DNA from: an uncultured Dehalococcoidia bacterium
Lineage (GTDB): Bacteria > Chloroflexota > Dehalococcoidia > Lucifugimonadales > GCA-2712585
DNA: 64,000 nucleotides
NCBI GenBank assembly: GCA_951812825.1
Contig: OX638324.1
Span: 1,051,141 to 1,115,140, forward strand
Reading direction: 5' to 3'
The position numbers and the translations under genes are program-made. Below are positions 24,314 to 33,079 of this stretch, piece by piece. How positions within the stretch are numbered: position 1 is the first letter of the stretch; every line of letters starts with the position of its first letter. Under the pieces are notes generated by a model. It did not search any database. It had not been told where the DNA came from and worked only from the letters and a program-made list of their open reading frames with translations.

Positions 24314-26815
24314 TCAGGCGACTTCTGCGGTGGCGGGGGTCTGGTAGCGGGCGAGTTCCTGGACCAGGGGTTGGTGGTCGGGGTGGGTGAGGTGGGGATC
24401 GCGGTGGAGGATGCGGGCGGCTTCGTTGCGGGCGCTTATCAGGATGTCGCGGTCGGCGAGGCGGGCCATTTTTAGGGTGGGGAGGCCGCTCTGACGGGTA
24501 CCGAAGAGGTCACCGGGGCCGCGGAGCTGGAGGTCGATTTCGGCGAGCTTGAAGCCGTCGTTGTGCTCTTCGATGGCTTCGAGGCGCTGGCGGGCGTAGT
24601 CGGAGGGGTCTTCGGCCAGGAGGAGGCAGTAGCTCTTGTGGGGGCCGCGCCCGACGCGTCCGCGGAACTGGTGAAGCTGGGCGAGGCCGAATCGGTCGGC
24701 GGACTCGACCATCATGACAGAGGCGTTGGGGACGTCTATGCCGACTTCGACGACGGGGGTGGAGACGAGGATATCGAGTTCGCGGTTGTGGAAGGCGGTC
24801 ATGACGACGTCCTTCTGGCGGGAGGGGAGGCGACCGTGGAGGAGGCCGACGCGGAGATCGGGGAAGATGTGCTGGCTGAGTCGTTCGTATTCCTGGGCGG
24901 CGGCTTTCGCTTCGGTGAGTTCGGACTCCTCGATGAGGGGGAAGATTATGAAGGCCTGGCGTCCTTCGTTCACCTGGTTTCTCAGAAATCCGTAGGCCCG
25001 GTTTCTTGCCTCTGGAGGGACGTGATGGGTGGAGATGGGGGTGCGGCCGGGGGGCATTTCGTCGATGGTGGAGATGTCGAGGTCGCCGTATAGAGTGAGG
25101 GCGAGGGTGCGGGGGATGGGGGTGGCGGACATGATGAGGACGTGGGGGGTTGTCTGGCTCTTGCCACGGAGGGCGGCGCGCTGCATGACGCCGAAACGGT
25201 GCTGTTCGTCGACGACGGAGAGGGCGAGGTTGGGGATCTGCATAGTCTGCTGGATGAGGGTGTGGGTGCCGATGATGATGTCCAGGTCGCCGTCGGCGGC
25301 GCGCTGCTGGAGGTTATCGCGGAGTCGCTTACGGGTGCTGCCGGTGACGAGTCCGATGGAGACGGGGGGGCCGTCGGGATAGATGGATGCGGAGACGAGG
25401 TTTTCTTCCTGGACTGGGTTATGGAGGCGGGACATGAGATCGCAGGCCGTCTTGAAGTGCTGTTCGGCAAGGACTTCGGTGGGGACCATGATGGTGCCCT
25501 GGAGGCCCATGGCGGCGACGGCGAGAAGGGCGGCGACGGCGACGACGGTCTTGCCGCTGCCGACTTCACCCTGGAGGAGACGGTTCATGGAAGGGACGCC
25601 TTCGGCCATGTCTGCGAGGGTCTCGTTGAGGCAGCGCTGCTGGGCGCCGGTGAGGGTGAAGGGGAGGGAATCCAGGAAGGTTTGGACGGCGGAGCCGGAA
25701 GCGTCTATGGGGGCGCCGCGGGCTTCGTCTTTCCACTGTCGGCGTCGTTGGAGGACGGAGATCTGGAGGAGGAGGAGTTCGTCGAAGGCGAGTCGGCTAC
25801 GGGCTTCTTCCCACTGGATCACGGAATTGGGGAAGTGGGCGTTGGAGACGGCCTTGGGCAGGGGCATGAGTTTGAGCCGGGTGAGGGTGTCGTTTGGGAG
25901 GAATTCCTGAATGCTTGGGGACCAGCGCCGGAGGGCGTTCCAGATGATGCGCCGGAGGGTGCGAGCATGGAGGTCCCTGGTGAGGGGATGGACGGGAAGG
26001 ACGCGACCGGCATATATGAGGGGATGCCCGTTCTTGAGGAGTTCGTATTCCGGGGACTCCATAACGAGGGAGCCGCCGAAGGTATCGACTTTCCCGCTGA
26101 GGGCAATTTTGCTGTTCGGCTTGAGCTGGCGGGCGAGGAATGTGTTGTTGAACCAGACGACGGAGAGATTTCCGGTCTCGTCGCCTACGATGGCGCGGGT
26201 GGCGGGTCTGCGCTGTCTTCCCAGCCTGACCCGGGAGGCTTCCCAAACGGTGGCGAAGATAGTTGTTTCCTGGCCAACTTTCAGGTCGGCGATTTTGGTG
26301 CGGTGGGAGTAGTCCTTCGGGTAACGGGGGAAGTGGTAGAGGAGGTCGCGGATGGTGTGGACCTCCAGACGAGCCAGCTTTTCGGAGGTCTTGGTGTCGA
26401 CGCCCCTGAGGTGGGTGACGGGTTTGTAGAGGGCATCGGGGTCGGGAGGGGGTGGTTTGGGCGGGGAGGATTGTTTCGACGGAGAGGGTTTTCGAGAGGG
26501 CTGGATTCCCGCCTTCGCGGGAATGACGGAGGGGGGCGGGGTCGACGATTCTGCGGTGGGGGATGAGTTCAGCAGGGAGAGGCAGGTGTCTACCCATTCA
26601 GCGCGCTGGTTGGGGGACATGCGAGAGTAGGGACGGGCGAGGAGTTTGTCGGCGTCGGCGGTGTTGGATAGGTGGGTGCGGAGTTGGGCATTCCAGCGGG
26701 TGAGGAAATCGTCAAGGCCGGAGGTGACGGCTTTGTTGTCGAACTTCCTTTGTCGTTCCAGTCGGAGGATGTTGCGGAAGGAGTTGAGCGGGTGGTTATC
26801 TCGGCGGGAGGCCAT
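24314..26815 (-). CDS. recG: ATP-dependent DNA helicase RecG (long N-terminal extension)
   Basis: Walker A GEVGSGKTVVA, DEQHRFGV, helicase C-terminal motifs QLHQFRGRVGRG, and TRG-motif region. Confidence 0.9.
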   Translation of the reverse strand: MASRRDNHPLNSFRNILRLERQRKFDNKAVTSGLDDFLTRWNAQLRTHLSNTADADKLLARPYSRMSPNQRAEWVDTCLSLLNSSPTAESSTPPPSVIPAKAGIQPSRKPSPSKQSSPPKPPPPDPDALYKPVTHLRGVDTKTSEKLARLEVHTIRDLLYHFPRYPKDYSHRTKIADLKVGQETTIFATVWEASRVRLGRQRRPATRAIVGDETGNLSVVWFNNTFLARQLKPNSKIALSGKVDTFGGSLVMESPEYELLKNGHPLIYAGRVLPVHPLTRDLHARTLRRIIWNALRRWSPSIQEFLPNDTLTRLKLMPLPKAVSNAHFPNSVIQWEEARSRLAFDELLLLQISVLQRRRQWKDEARGAPIDASGSAVQTFLDSLPFTLTGAQQRCLNETLADMAEGVPSMNRLLQGEVGSGKTVVAVAALLAVAAMGLQGTIMVPTEVLAEQHFKTACDLMSRLHNPVQEENLVSASIYPDGPPVSIGLVTGSTRKRLRDNLQQRAADGDLDIIIGTHTLIQQTMQIPNLALSVVDEQHRFGVMQRAALRGKSQTTPHVLIMSATPIPRTLALTLYGDLDISTIDEMPPGRTPISTHHVPPEARNRAYGFLRNQVNEGRQAFIIFPLIEESELTEAKAAAQEYERLSQHIFPDLRVGLLHGRLPSRQKDVVMTAFHNRELDILVSTPVVEVGIDVPNASVMMVESADRFGLAQLHQFRGRVGRGPHKSYCLLLAEDPSDYARQRLEAIEEHNDGFKLAEIDLQLRGPGDLFGTRQSGLPTLKMARLADRDILISARNEAARILHRDPHLTHPDHQPLVQELARYQTPATAEVA
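26503..26529 (+). repeat. Repeat module D located in-frame inside recG
   Basis: GGATTCCCGCCTTCGCGGGAATGACGG. Its reverse complement is translated as SVIPAKAGIQP within a Pro/Ser-rich linker of RecG. Confidence 0.8.
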
Positions 26816-26840
26816 GACAGGGAAAGTTTACCACGAAGGG

Positions 26841-27068
26841 TCAGGGGGGATGGGGTTGGGGTGATGCGACAGCGAGATCCTTCGTCGCGGAGCCTCCTCA
26901 GGATGACATGGGGGTGGGGGGGATGGGGCGACCACAAGGGTCGCCCCTACGGGTGATTTTGTTGGCTAGAGGATAGAGAGTGGGTCCCTGCATCCGCGAG
27001 GGCGCGGGAGAGTATGGCGGCTACGGCAGTGAGATTCTTCGGCTCCGCTGCGCTACGCTCAGAATGAC
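26841..27068 (+). repeat. Intergenic repeat cluster: G-run, A, G-run, B, D', A
   Basis: GAGATCCTTCGTCGCGGAGCCTCCTCAGGATGAC (26874-26907); GGGGCGACCACAAGGGTCGCCCCTACGG (26926-26952); GATAGAGAGTGGGTCCCTGCATCCGCGAGGGCGCGGG (26972-27009); GAGATTCTTCGGCTCCGCTGCGCTACGCTCAGAATGAC (27031-27068). Confidence 0.8.
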
Positions 27069-27086
27069 AAGGAGGTTTTGTGGGAG

Positions 27087-27953
27087 TTAGCGGGAGGTGC
27101 GGACGATTATGCCGACCATGCCGGGGCCGGTGTGGACACCGATGCTGGGGCCGGGGCGGACTATCGGAATGTGCTCAGGGCTGTCGGTGGACAGAAGGCG
27201 CCGTATGTTGTTCGCGAGAGTCTCGGCGTCCTCGAAAGCCTCGTTATGGATGACGTAGGCTTCGGAGATCCCGCCCAGACCTTCGGCGATTCTGACGAGG
27301 CGCTGGAGTCCCCTGCGACGGCTACGCACCCGGTCGTATTTCTGAACCTTGCCATTCTGGAGGGCGAGGATGGGTTTGAGATTAAGCACGTTGCCAAGGA
27401 AAGCCTGGGTCTTGCTGATGCGGCCGCCTTTGACCAGGTATTCCAAAGTATCCAGCAGGAAGAAGCCTCGAACCTGGGAGACGGCGGCCTCTACCTCGTC
27501 CATGACCTGCTGGAATTCTGCGCCATCACTGAGGGTTCTGGAAGCGCCAAGAACGACGAGTCCGAGAGCCATGGAGGCGGTCTGCGAGTCTACGACTTCA
27601 ATCTGGGTGGGGTTATTGAAGCCTCTTCTGGCCTGCATGGCGGAGTTGTAAGTGCCGCTAAGCTCGGAGGAGCAATGGATGGAGATGACCATGTCCAGGG
27701 GGTCCTGGATGAGGGACTCGTAGACTTCCGAGAAGTCCTGAATAGTGGGCTGGGAGGTGGTGGGAAGGGACTGGGTGTTGGGGAGACGGTCGTAAAACTC
27801 GTCGGTACTGATGTCCAAGCCATCCTTAAGGGTCTCGACGGCGCCGTCGTCACTAGTGAAGTTGATGTAGGCGGGGACTACGGTAATGCCCCAGTGGCGG
27901 GCGAGGTCCGGGGAGATATCCGATGTGCTGTCGGTGACGATGCGAATGGTCAT
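27087..27953 (-). CDS. DegV family fatty-acid-binding protein (FakB-like)
   Basis: IRIVTDSTSDISPDL...TSQPT...IHCSSELSGTYNSA. It lies immediately downstream of the DAK2/FakA-like gene. Confidence 0.8.
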   Translation of the reverse strand: MTIRIVTDSTSDISPDLARHWGITVVPAYINFTSDDGAVETLKDGLDISTDEFYDRLPNTQSLPTTSQPTIQDFSEVYESLIQDPLDMVISIHCSSELSGTYNSAMQARRGFNNPTQIEVVDSQTASMALGLVVLGASRTLSDGAEFQQVMDEVEAAVSQVRGFFLLDTLEYLVKGGRISKTQAFLGNVLNLKPILALQNGKVQKYDRVRSRRRGLQRLVRIAEGLGGISEAYVIHNEAFEDAETLANNIRRLLSTDSPEHIPIVRPGPSIGVHTGPGMVGIIVRTSR

Positions 27954-27961
27954 GATACTTC

Positions 27962-29593
27962 CTATTCTATGGAGGCGATAAAGTGGTAGAAAGGTTGCCC
28001 GCCGAAGACGGTCTCGACTTCAACGCCTGGGAGGGCGTCTTCGAGTCGTCGAGCGGCGGTTTGTGCTTGGGATTCCTGGACGTCGCCGCCCCAATAGAGG
28101 GTGACGACATGGCCGGAGCCGGGGTTGGCGGAGATGATGGCGCGGTGGGCGACATCGTGGACGCGTTCGCCGATGGTGGTAAGGACGCCGTCGAGGAGAC
28201 CGATGACCTGTCCCCGGGCGACGGACTTGCCGTTCATGATGGTATCGCGATGGGCGGTGGTGACTTCGACGGTGTGGAGGTCTTCGATGGAGTCTTCCAT
28301 GGCTTCCAGAACCTGGTCCCGGGGGAGTTCTGGCACATAGGAGAGCAGGGCGGCAATGCCCTGGGTCTGGCTACGGGAGGGGATGACGTGGAGGGTTTCT
28401 TCTGCGATTTCCGAGGCTTGGCGGGCGGTGAGGATGACGTTGGAGTTGTTGGGGAGGATGACAACTTCTTCCGCGCCGGTGGCGCGGGCGGCTTCCAGAA
28501 GTTCCTGAGCGCTGGGGTTCATGGTGCGCTGGCAGGGGACGATGGCGTGGCAGCCGAGATCGTCGAAGAGGCTTATGAAACCTTCGCCCCAGGCCACGGC
28601 GACGACGGCGAGGGCCGGAGCGGCTTCCTGCTGCTGGCCGTGGAGGGAGAGGAAGCCCTGATGCTGCTTGCTGATATCGTCTACCTTGATGCCGATGGTG
28701 CTGCCGAGGGTGGCGCCGTGGGCGATGACTTCGTCGGGCTCCAAGGTGTGGAGGTGGACCTTGGTGAGGGAAGAATCGCCGATGACGATGATGGAGCCGC
28801 CCTTTTCCGAGAGATAGCTGCGAAGGGCGGCGAGGTCTATGTTCTCGCCTTCGATCATGAACTCGGTGCAGAAACCGTACTCCTCAGATTGAGTGGCGTC
28901 GAGGAATTCCTGGCTGACGGTTGGCATGCCGACGATGGCGCCGACAGGGGAGGAGAGTTCGATGTCGTAAACTTCCGGATCTTGCTCAAGGAAGGAGCAG
29001 AGGAAGCCTTCCATGATGACGACAACGCCCTGACCGCCGGAATCTATGACGCCGGCGTCGCGGAGGACGGGGAGCATTGTTGGGGTCTTGGCGAGGGCGT
29101 CTTTAGCTTCTTGGAGGGCGCTGTTCCAGAGATGGAGGACATCTTCCTCGTCGTCGGAGCGGTCGGACGCGCCTTCGGCGAAGCCGCGCAGTACGGTGAG
29201 CATGGTGCCTTCGACGGGTTGGGAGACGGCGGCGTAGCTGGCATGGGAGCCGGAGGCGAGGGCGCCGGCGAGGGTGTCAGGATCGGCGGCCTCGACGTTT
29301 TCGAGGCCCTGAGCGAATCCGGCGAGGAACTGGGAGAAGATGACGCCGCTATTGCCGCGGGCGCCAAAGAGGGCGCCACGGGCGGCTTCCCGGGCGACGG
29401 CGGAGAGGGAAGGGGTGTCGACGGACTGCAGCCGCTCATCCACGGATTGCATGGTAAGGAGCATGTTGGTGCCGGTGTCGCCGTCCGGGACAGGGAATAC
29501 ATTTAGCGCGTTGATGGCATGGCTATATCTCCGAAGGCAGCGGGTGGCTGCGCTCAGGGCGGCTTTGAGCCGGTGACCGTTAATTTGAGGCAG
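27962..29593 (-). CDS. DAK2-domain protein (YloV/FakA-like); start upstream of the first canonical start codon (CTG 29593 or ATT 29584 proposed)
   Basis: The track ORF starts at ATG 29464, but the frame is open to TAA 29618-29620. The extension encodes ...QINGHRLKAALSAATRCLRRYSHAINALNVFPVPDGDTGTNM, which is the conserved Dak2 N-terminus. No ATG, GTG or TTG occurs in that stretch. Confidence 0.7.
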   Translation of the reverse strand: MPQINGHRLKAALSAATRCLRRYSHAINALNVFPVPDGDTGTNMLLTMQSVDERLQSVDTPSLSAVAREAARGALFGARGNSGVIFSQFLAGFAQGLENVEAADPDTLAGALASGSHASYAAVSQPVEGTMLTVLRGFAEGASDRSDDEEDVLHLWNSALQEAKDALAKTPTMLPVLRDAGVIDSGGQGVVVIMEGFLCSFLEQDPEVYDIELSSPVGAIVGMPTVSQEFLDATQSEEYGFCTEFMIEGENIDLAALRSYLSEKGGSIIVIGDSSLTKVHLHTLEPDEVIAHGATLGSTIGIKVDDISKQHQGFLSLHGQQQEAAPALAVVAVAWGEGFISLFDDLGCHAIVPCQRTMNPSAQELLEAARATGAEEVVILPNNSNVILTARQASEIAEETLHVIPSRSQTQGIAALLSYVPELPRDQVLEAMEDSIEDLHTVEVTTAHRDTIMNGKSVARGQVIGLLDGVLTTIGERVHDVAHRAIISANPGSGHVVTLYWGGDVQESQAQTAARRLEDALPGVEVETVFGGQPFYHFIASIE

Positions 29594-29699
29594 GGATCTG
29601 TTGGGGACGCTCGTAGCTTATATCCTTGTAAAGGGAGATTTATGTATGCTAAGGTTTTAGGAAGATTCTAGCTATTCGCTAAAGCGAAAGTCAATTTAG

Positions 29700-29912
29700 G
29701 TGAGTGCCGTGAAATGTGAGCTTTGCAACAAAATTGGGGTGGCGGGGAACAACGTCAGCCACTCCAAGCGGCGTACGAAGACGCGGTTTTTGCCGAACAT
29801 CCAGAAGCTGACGCTGCCGATAAACGGGGTGCGGAAGCGGGTAAAGATTTGCACGCGGTGTCTGCGGACGCTGCATAAGACGCCAAAGGTGAGGGTGAAG
29901 TCCAGGGCGTAG
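29700..29912 (+). CDS. rpmB: 50S ribosomal protein L28
   Basis: KCELCNKIGVAGNNVSHSKRRTKTRFLPNIQ. The start is GTG 29700 or GTG 29709. Confidence 0.85.
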   Translation: MSAVKCELCNKIGVAGNNVSHSKRRTKTRFLPNIQKLTLPINGVRKRVKICTRCLRTLHKTPKVRVKSRA

Positions 29913-30000
29913 GGTTCGGGCGCTAGACGGGGTTCCAGCGCAGGGTTACGAGTTTCCACTTTTCGGCTTCCATGGGTGATCTGCGTCTCAGAATCGGGGT

Positions 30001-30129
30001 GGCTTGGGTGTGCGGGGGGATGCGTCATTGAGGGGACGGAGAGCGGGACCCGCATTCGCGAGGGAACGGGTGGGGTCAGGTGTGGCCTGGCGGCGAGATT
30101 CTTCGTCGCGAAGCTTCCTCAGAATACCA
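30001..30129 (+). repeat. Intergenic repeat cluster: G-run, D' variant, module A
   Basis: GGAGAGCGGGACCCGCATTCGCGAGGGAACGG (30038-30069); GAGATTCTTCGTCGCGAAGCTTCCTCAGAATACCA (30095-30129). Confidence 0.75.
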
Positions 30130-30161
30130 TGTGGGTGGAGGGGGAAGGGGTGCGTCTTTTG

Positions 30162-30833
30162 TCAGGGGAGGCTGCTGCGGAGTTTGGTGAGGGCGTCGGC
30201 GACGGATTCGTTGGGGTTGAAGACGGCGGAACCGGCGATGAGGGTGTGGGCGCCGGCGTTGACGACGGCGGCGGCGGTTTGGGCGTTTACGCCGCCATCG
30301 ACTTCAAGTTCAACGTCGTAGCCCCTTTCGTCGATGATTGCCCTGAGGCGGCTGACCTTATCGAGGACTTGGGGGATGAGGGTCTGGCCGCCAAAGCCGG
30401 GATTGACGGTGAGGATGAGGACTATGTCGAGGAAGGGCAAGGCTTCTTCAACGGCGGAGATGGGGGTGGCCGGGTTGAGGGCCACACCGGCGCGGCAGCC
30501 GCCGGCCTTGATTTGCTGGAGAACGCGGTGGAGGTGGGTGCATGCTTCGGCGTGAACGGTTACGTGGTCCACTCCCGCGTTGATGAAGTCAGGGATGCGG
30601 CGTTCGGGTTCGACGATCATCAGGTGGGCGTCCAGGGGAAGGTTGGTGTATGACTTGAGACCTTCGATGACTACGGGGCCGAAGGTGATATTGGGGACGA
30701 AACGGCCGTCCATGACGTCCAGGTGTATGTAATCTGCGCCCGCTTCGGTGGCCTCGGCGACCTGCTGGCCCAGCCTGGCGAAGTCTGCGGAAAGGATGGA
30801 CGGAGCGATTTTGACCTTGGAGCTAGGAGTCAT
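30162..30833 (-). CDS. rpe: Ribulose-phosphate 3-epimerase
   Basis: IAPSILSADFARLG...HLDVMDGRFVPNITFG...VNPGFGGQ. Start trimmed to Met42. It overlaps the argH 3' end by 11 nt. Confidence 0.9.
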   Translation of the reverse strand: MTPSSKVKIAPSILSADFARLGQQVAEATEAGADYIHLDVMDGRFVPNITFGPVVIEGLKSYTNLPLDAHLMIVEPERRIPDFINAGVDHVTVHAEACTHLHRVLQQIKAGGCRAGVALNPATPISAVEEALPFLDIVLILTVNPGFGGQTLIPQVLDKVSRLRAIIDERGYDVELEVDGGVNAQTAAAVVNAGAHTLIAGSAVFNPNESVADALTKLRSSLP

Positions 30834-32169
30834 CGGCAGTCTCCAGAATTTTTTGGGCTTCCCTGAGGGCGTCGCCGACGCGGTTTGGGGCTGAGCCACC
30901 GGGCAGGTCGCGGCTTTCGACAGAGCCTTCGAGGGTGATTTTGAGGACGTTTTCATCGAAGAGGGGGGAGAAGCGTCGGTATTCTTCCAAGGTCAGCTGG
31001 TGAACCTCTTTGGCGTTTTCGAGGGCGTAGCGGGAGGCACGACGGAGGACGCCGTGGGCTTCGCGGAAGGGCATGCCGCGGGCTACGAGATAGTCGGCGA
31101 GGTCGGTGGCGAGCATGTTGCCGGTCTGGGCGGCGTCATACATCCGGTCGGCGTTGACGGTCATTGTGCCGATCATGCCGGCGAAGACCTGGAGAGTGGA
31201 GAGGAGGGTATCTACGGTGTCGAAGAAGCCTTCCTTGTCCTCCTGGAGGTCGCGGTTGTAGGTGAGGGGCAGGCCTTTGAGGGTGGTGAGGAGGGCCAGC
31301 AGATGGCCGTAGACGCGGCCGGTCTTGCCGCGACCGATTTCGGCAAAGTCGGGGTTGCGCTTCTGGGGCATGATGCTGCTGCCGGTGGCGTACTGCTCAG
31401 CGAGGGTTATGAAGGCGAATTCCTGGGAGGACCACAACACGAGCTCTTCTCCGAGGCGGGAGAGGTGCATCATGCAGATGGCGGCGGCGGCGTGGAATTC
31501 GAGGAGAAAATCGCGGTCGGCGACGGCGTCCATGCTGTTGGGGCTGATGTCGTCGAAGCCGAGCTCGACAGCGACGGATTGGCGGTCGAGGGGGTAGGGA
31601 AGGCCGGCGAGGGCGCCACTGCCGAGGGGGAGGACAGCGGCGGCGCGGCGGCATTGTTGGAAGCGCTGCTTGTCCCGCTGGAGCATGTGGAAGTAGGCGA
31701 GGAGGTGATGGGCCAGGAGGACGGGCTGGGCGCGCTGGAGGTGGGTGTAGCCGGGCATGATGGTGCTTGCATGCTGCCGGGCCTGGTGCAGGAGGGCCAA
31801 CTGGAGTTCGGTGGTGTGCTTGATGGCTTCGTCGCAGGTCTTCATGGCGAAGAGACGCATGTCGGTGGCGACCTGGTCGTTGCGGGAGCGGGCGGTGTGG
31901 AGCTTGCCTGCAACGTCGCCGATTTTCTCTTTAAGGCGGGCCTCGACGTTCATGTGGATGTCTTCGAGTTCGGGACGCCAGGGGAAGGTTTCAGCCTCGA
32001 TTTCCTGCTGGATGTCGAGGAGGCCGCGGCGGATGGCATTGGCGTCATCGTCGGTGATGATGCCCTGCTTCGCCAGCATTTGGGCATGGGCGATTGAGCC
32101 GCGGATGTCCTCGCGGTAGAGACGGCGGTCGTAGTGGATGGAGACGGTGTATAAGTCGTGCGGCTGCAT
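30823..32169 (-). CDS. argH: Argininosuccinate lyase (short N-terminus)
   Basis: Fumarate-lyase signature TGSSIMPQKRNPD, plus DIRGSIAHAQML. It lacks the usual N-terminal LWGGRF segment. Confidence 0.85.
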   Translation of the reverse strand: MQPHDLYTVSIHYDRRLYREDIRGSIAHAQMLAKQGIITDDDANAIRRGLLDIQQEIEAETFPWRPELEDIHMNVEARLKEKIGDVAGKLHTARSRNDQVATDMRLFAMKTCDEAIKHTTELQLALLHQARQHASTIMPGYTHLQRAQPVLLAHHLLAYFHMLQRDKQRFQQCRRAAAVLPLGSGALAGLPYPLDRQSVAVELGFDDISPNSMDAVADRDFLLEFHAAAAICMMHLSRLGEELVLWSSQEFAFITLAEQYATGSSIMPQKRNPDFAEIGRGKTGRVYGHLLALLTTLKGLPLTYNRDLQEDKEGFFDTVDTLLSTLQVFAGMIGTMTVNADRMYDAAQTGNMLATDLADYLVARGMPFREAHGVLRRASRYALENAKEVHQLTLEEYRRFSPLFDENVLKITLEGSVESRDLPGGSAPNRVGDALREAQKILETADDS

Positions 32170-32366
32170 TTTGGGTGAGGGTTGGGTGGGGTTGGTTGTC
32201 GGGAGATACTATACACCAGATGGGGAGGGAAGGGGGATTTGGGGGTTGAGAATCATGCCGAGACAAATATGGAACCGGCATGCTATCATAGCAGTTTCAG
32301 ACACATTTGATTCGACAACGAGGACTCATTGGATATTCTAGCGTTGCAAGAAGTGCAAGCCTGCCG

Positions 32367-32735
32367 ATGCCGCTAGTAGGCAAGGGAAGAGAAGGCTGGT
32401 TTCTTCTCCTGTTTGTGATACAGTTTTGCGTGTACACGGCAATTCTCGCTTACTACGAGAATGTGGTGAACCGGAAGGATGGGCTTTCCACGTTCGTCGC
32501 TGTGTTGGGAGGAATGCCCGGGATTATCGCGCTTTCGACGGCCAGCAGCATAGTTTTACTGGAGGGATTGGCGATGTTGTCAGAGAGATATTTGAAGAGG
32601 CGGTATGAGGAGGGGCAGGAGGAGAGGCAAAAAGCCTGGGAGGATTGGAACCGGCGTCGGATGGCGGCTGAGGAGGCAGGGATGGAGTTTGACGAGCCGC
32701 CGCCTTCGCGTCGAAACGGAGAGAATGGGAAATAA
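32367..32735 (+). CDS. Hypothetical membrane protein with charged C-terminal tail (start uncertain, 32307 or 32367)
   Basis: Two or three hydrophobic helices (WFLLLFVIQFCVYTAILAYY, MPGIIALSTASSIVLL), then LSERYLKRRYEEGQEERQKAWEDWNRRRMAAEEAGMEFDEPPP. Confidence 0.45.
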   Translation: MPLVGKGREGWFLLLFVIQFCVYTAILAYYENVVNRKDGLSTFVAVLGGMPGIIALSTASSIVLLEGLAMLSERYLKRRYEEGQEERQKAWEDWNRRRMAAEEAGMEFDEPPPSRRNGENGK

Positions 32736-32763
32736 GGCGGAAGGGTGCGTTTGGGGTGTGGTG

Positions 32764-32883
32764 TGATGTTGTCAGAGGGGTTTCTAATGAGGCGGTATGA
32801 GGAGGGGAAGGAAGAAGCGTGGCGAGTGTGGGAGGAATGGATTCGGCGTCGGGCTGAGGCGGAGGGAGTTGGGGAGGAGTTTC
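32764..32883 (+). repeat. Diverged direct duplicate of the 3' end of the upstream gene (copy of 32573-32691); contains a 44-codon ORF at 32765-32899
   Basis: Both copies begin GATGTTGTCAGAG and share GAGGCGGTATGAGGAGGGG...TGGGAGGA.TGGA..CGGCGTCGG..GGC.GAGG. The duplicate translates as MLSEGFLMRRYEEGKEEAWRVWEEWIRRRAEAEGVGEEF. Confidence 0.7.
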
Positions 32884-33079
32884 GTTGCCTAGTGACTTGA
32901 TGCAACAGCAGTTATTCCTAGCTGTCTAACCTCCGCCTGAACAGAAAGACACAGACTTGAATGGGCAGGCGAAAGCTAGTCATCGTTTGGCGCTGCTTGC
33001 AGACTCGTTTTTGAAGCCAGTTTGTCCCATTCCTTCACTTCGGATTGTGACATGGGATGGCGGGCCTGGATTTCGGCAT

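Noticed and set aside
25142-26566. 474-aa + strand ORF inside recG. Similar cases are 27983-29506, 12896-14134, 31000-32097 and 53522-54556.
   Set aside because: All are antisense to genes with strong family signatures (recG, fakA, AKR, argH, icd) and are compositionally shadow ORFs.
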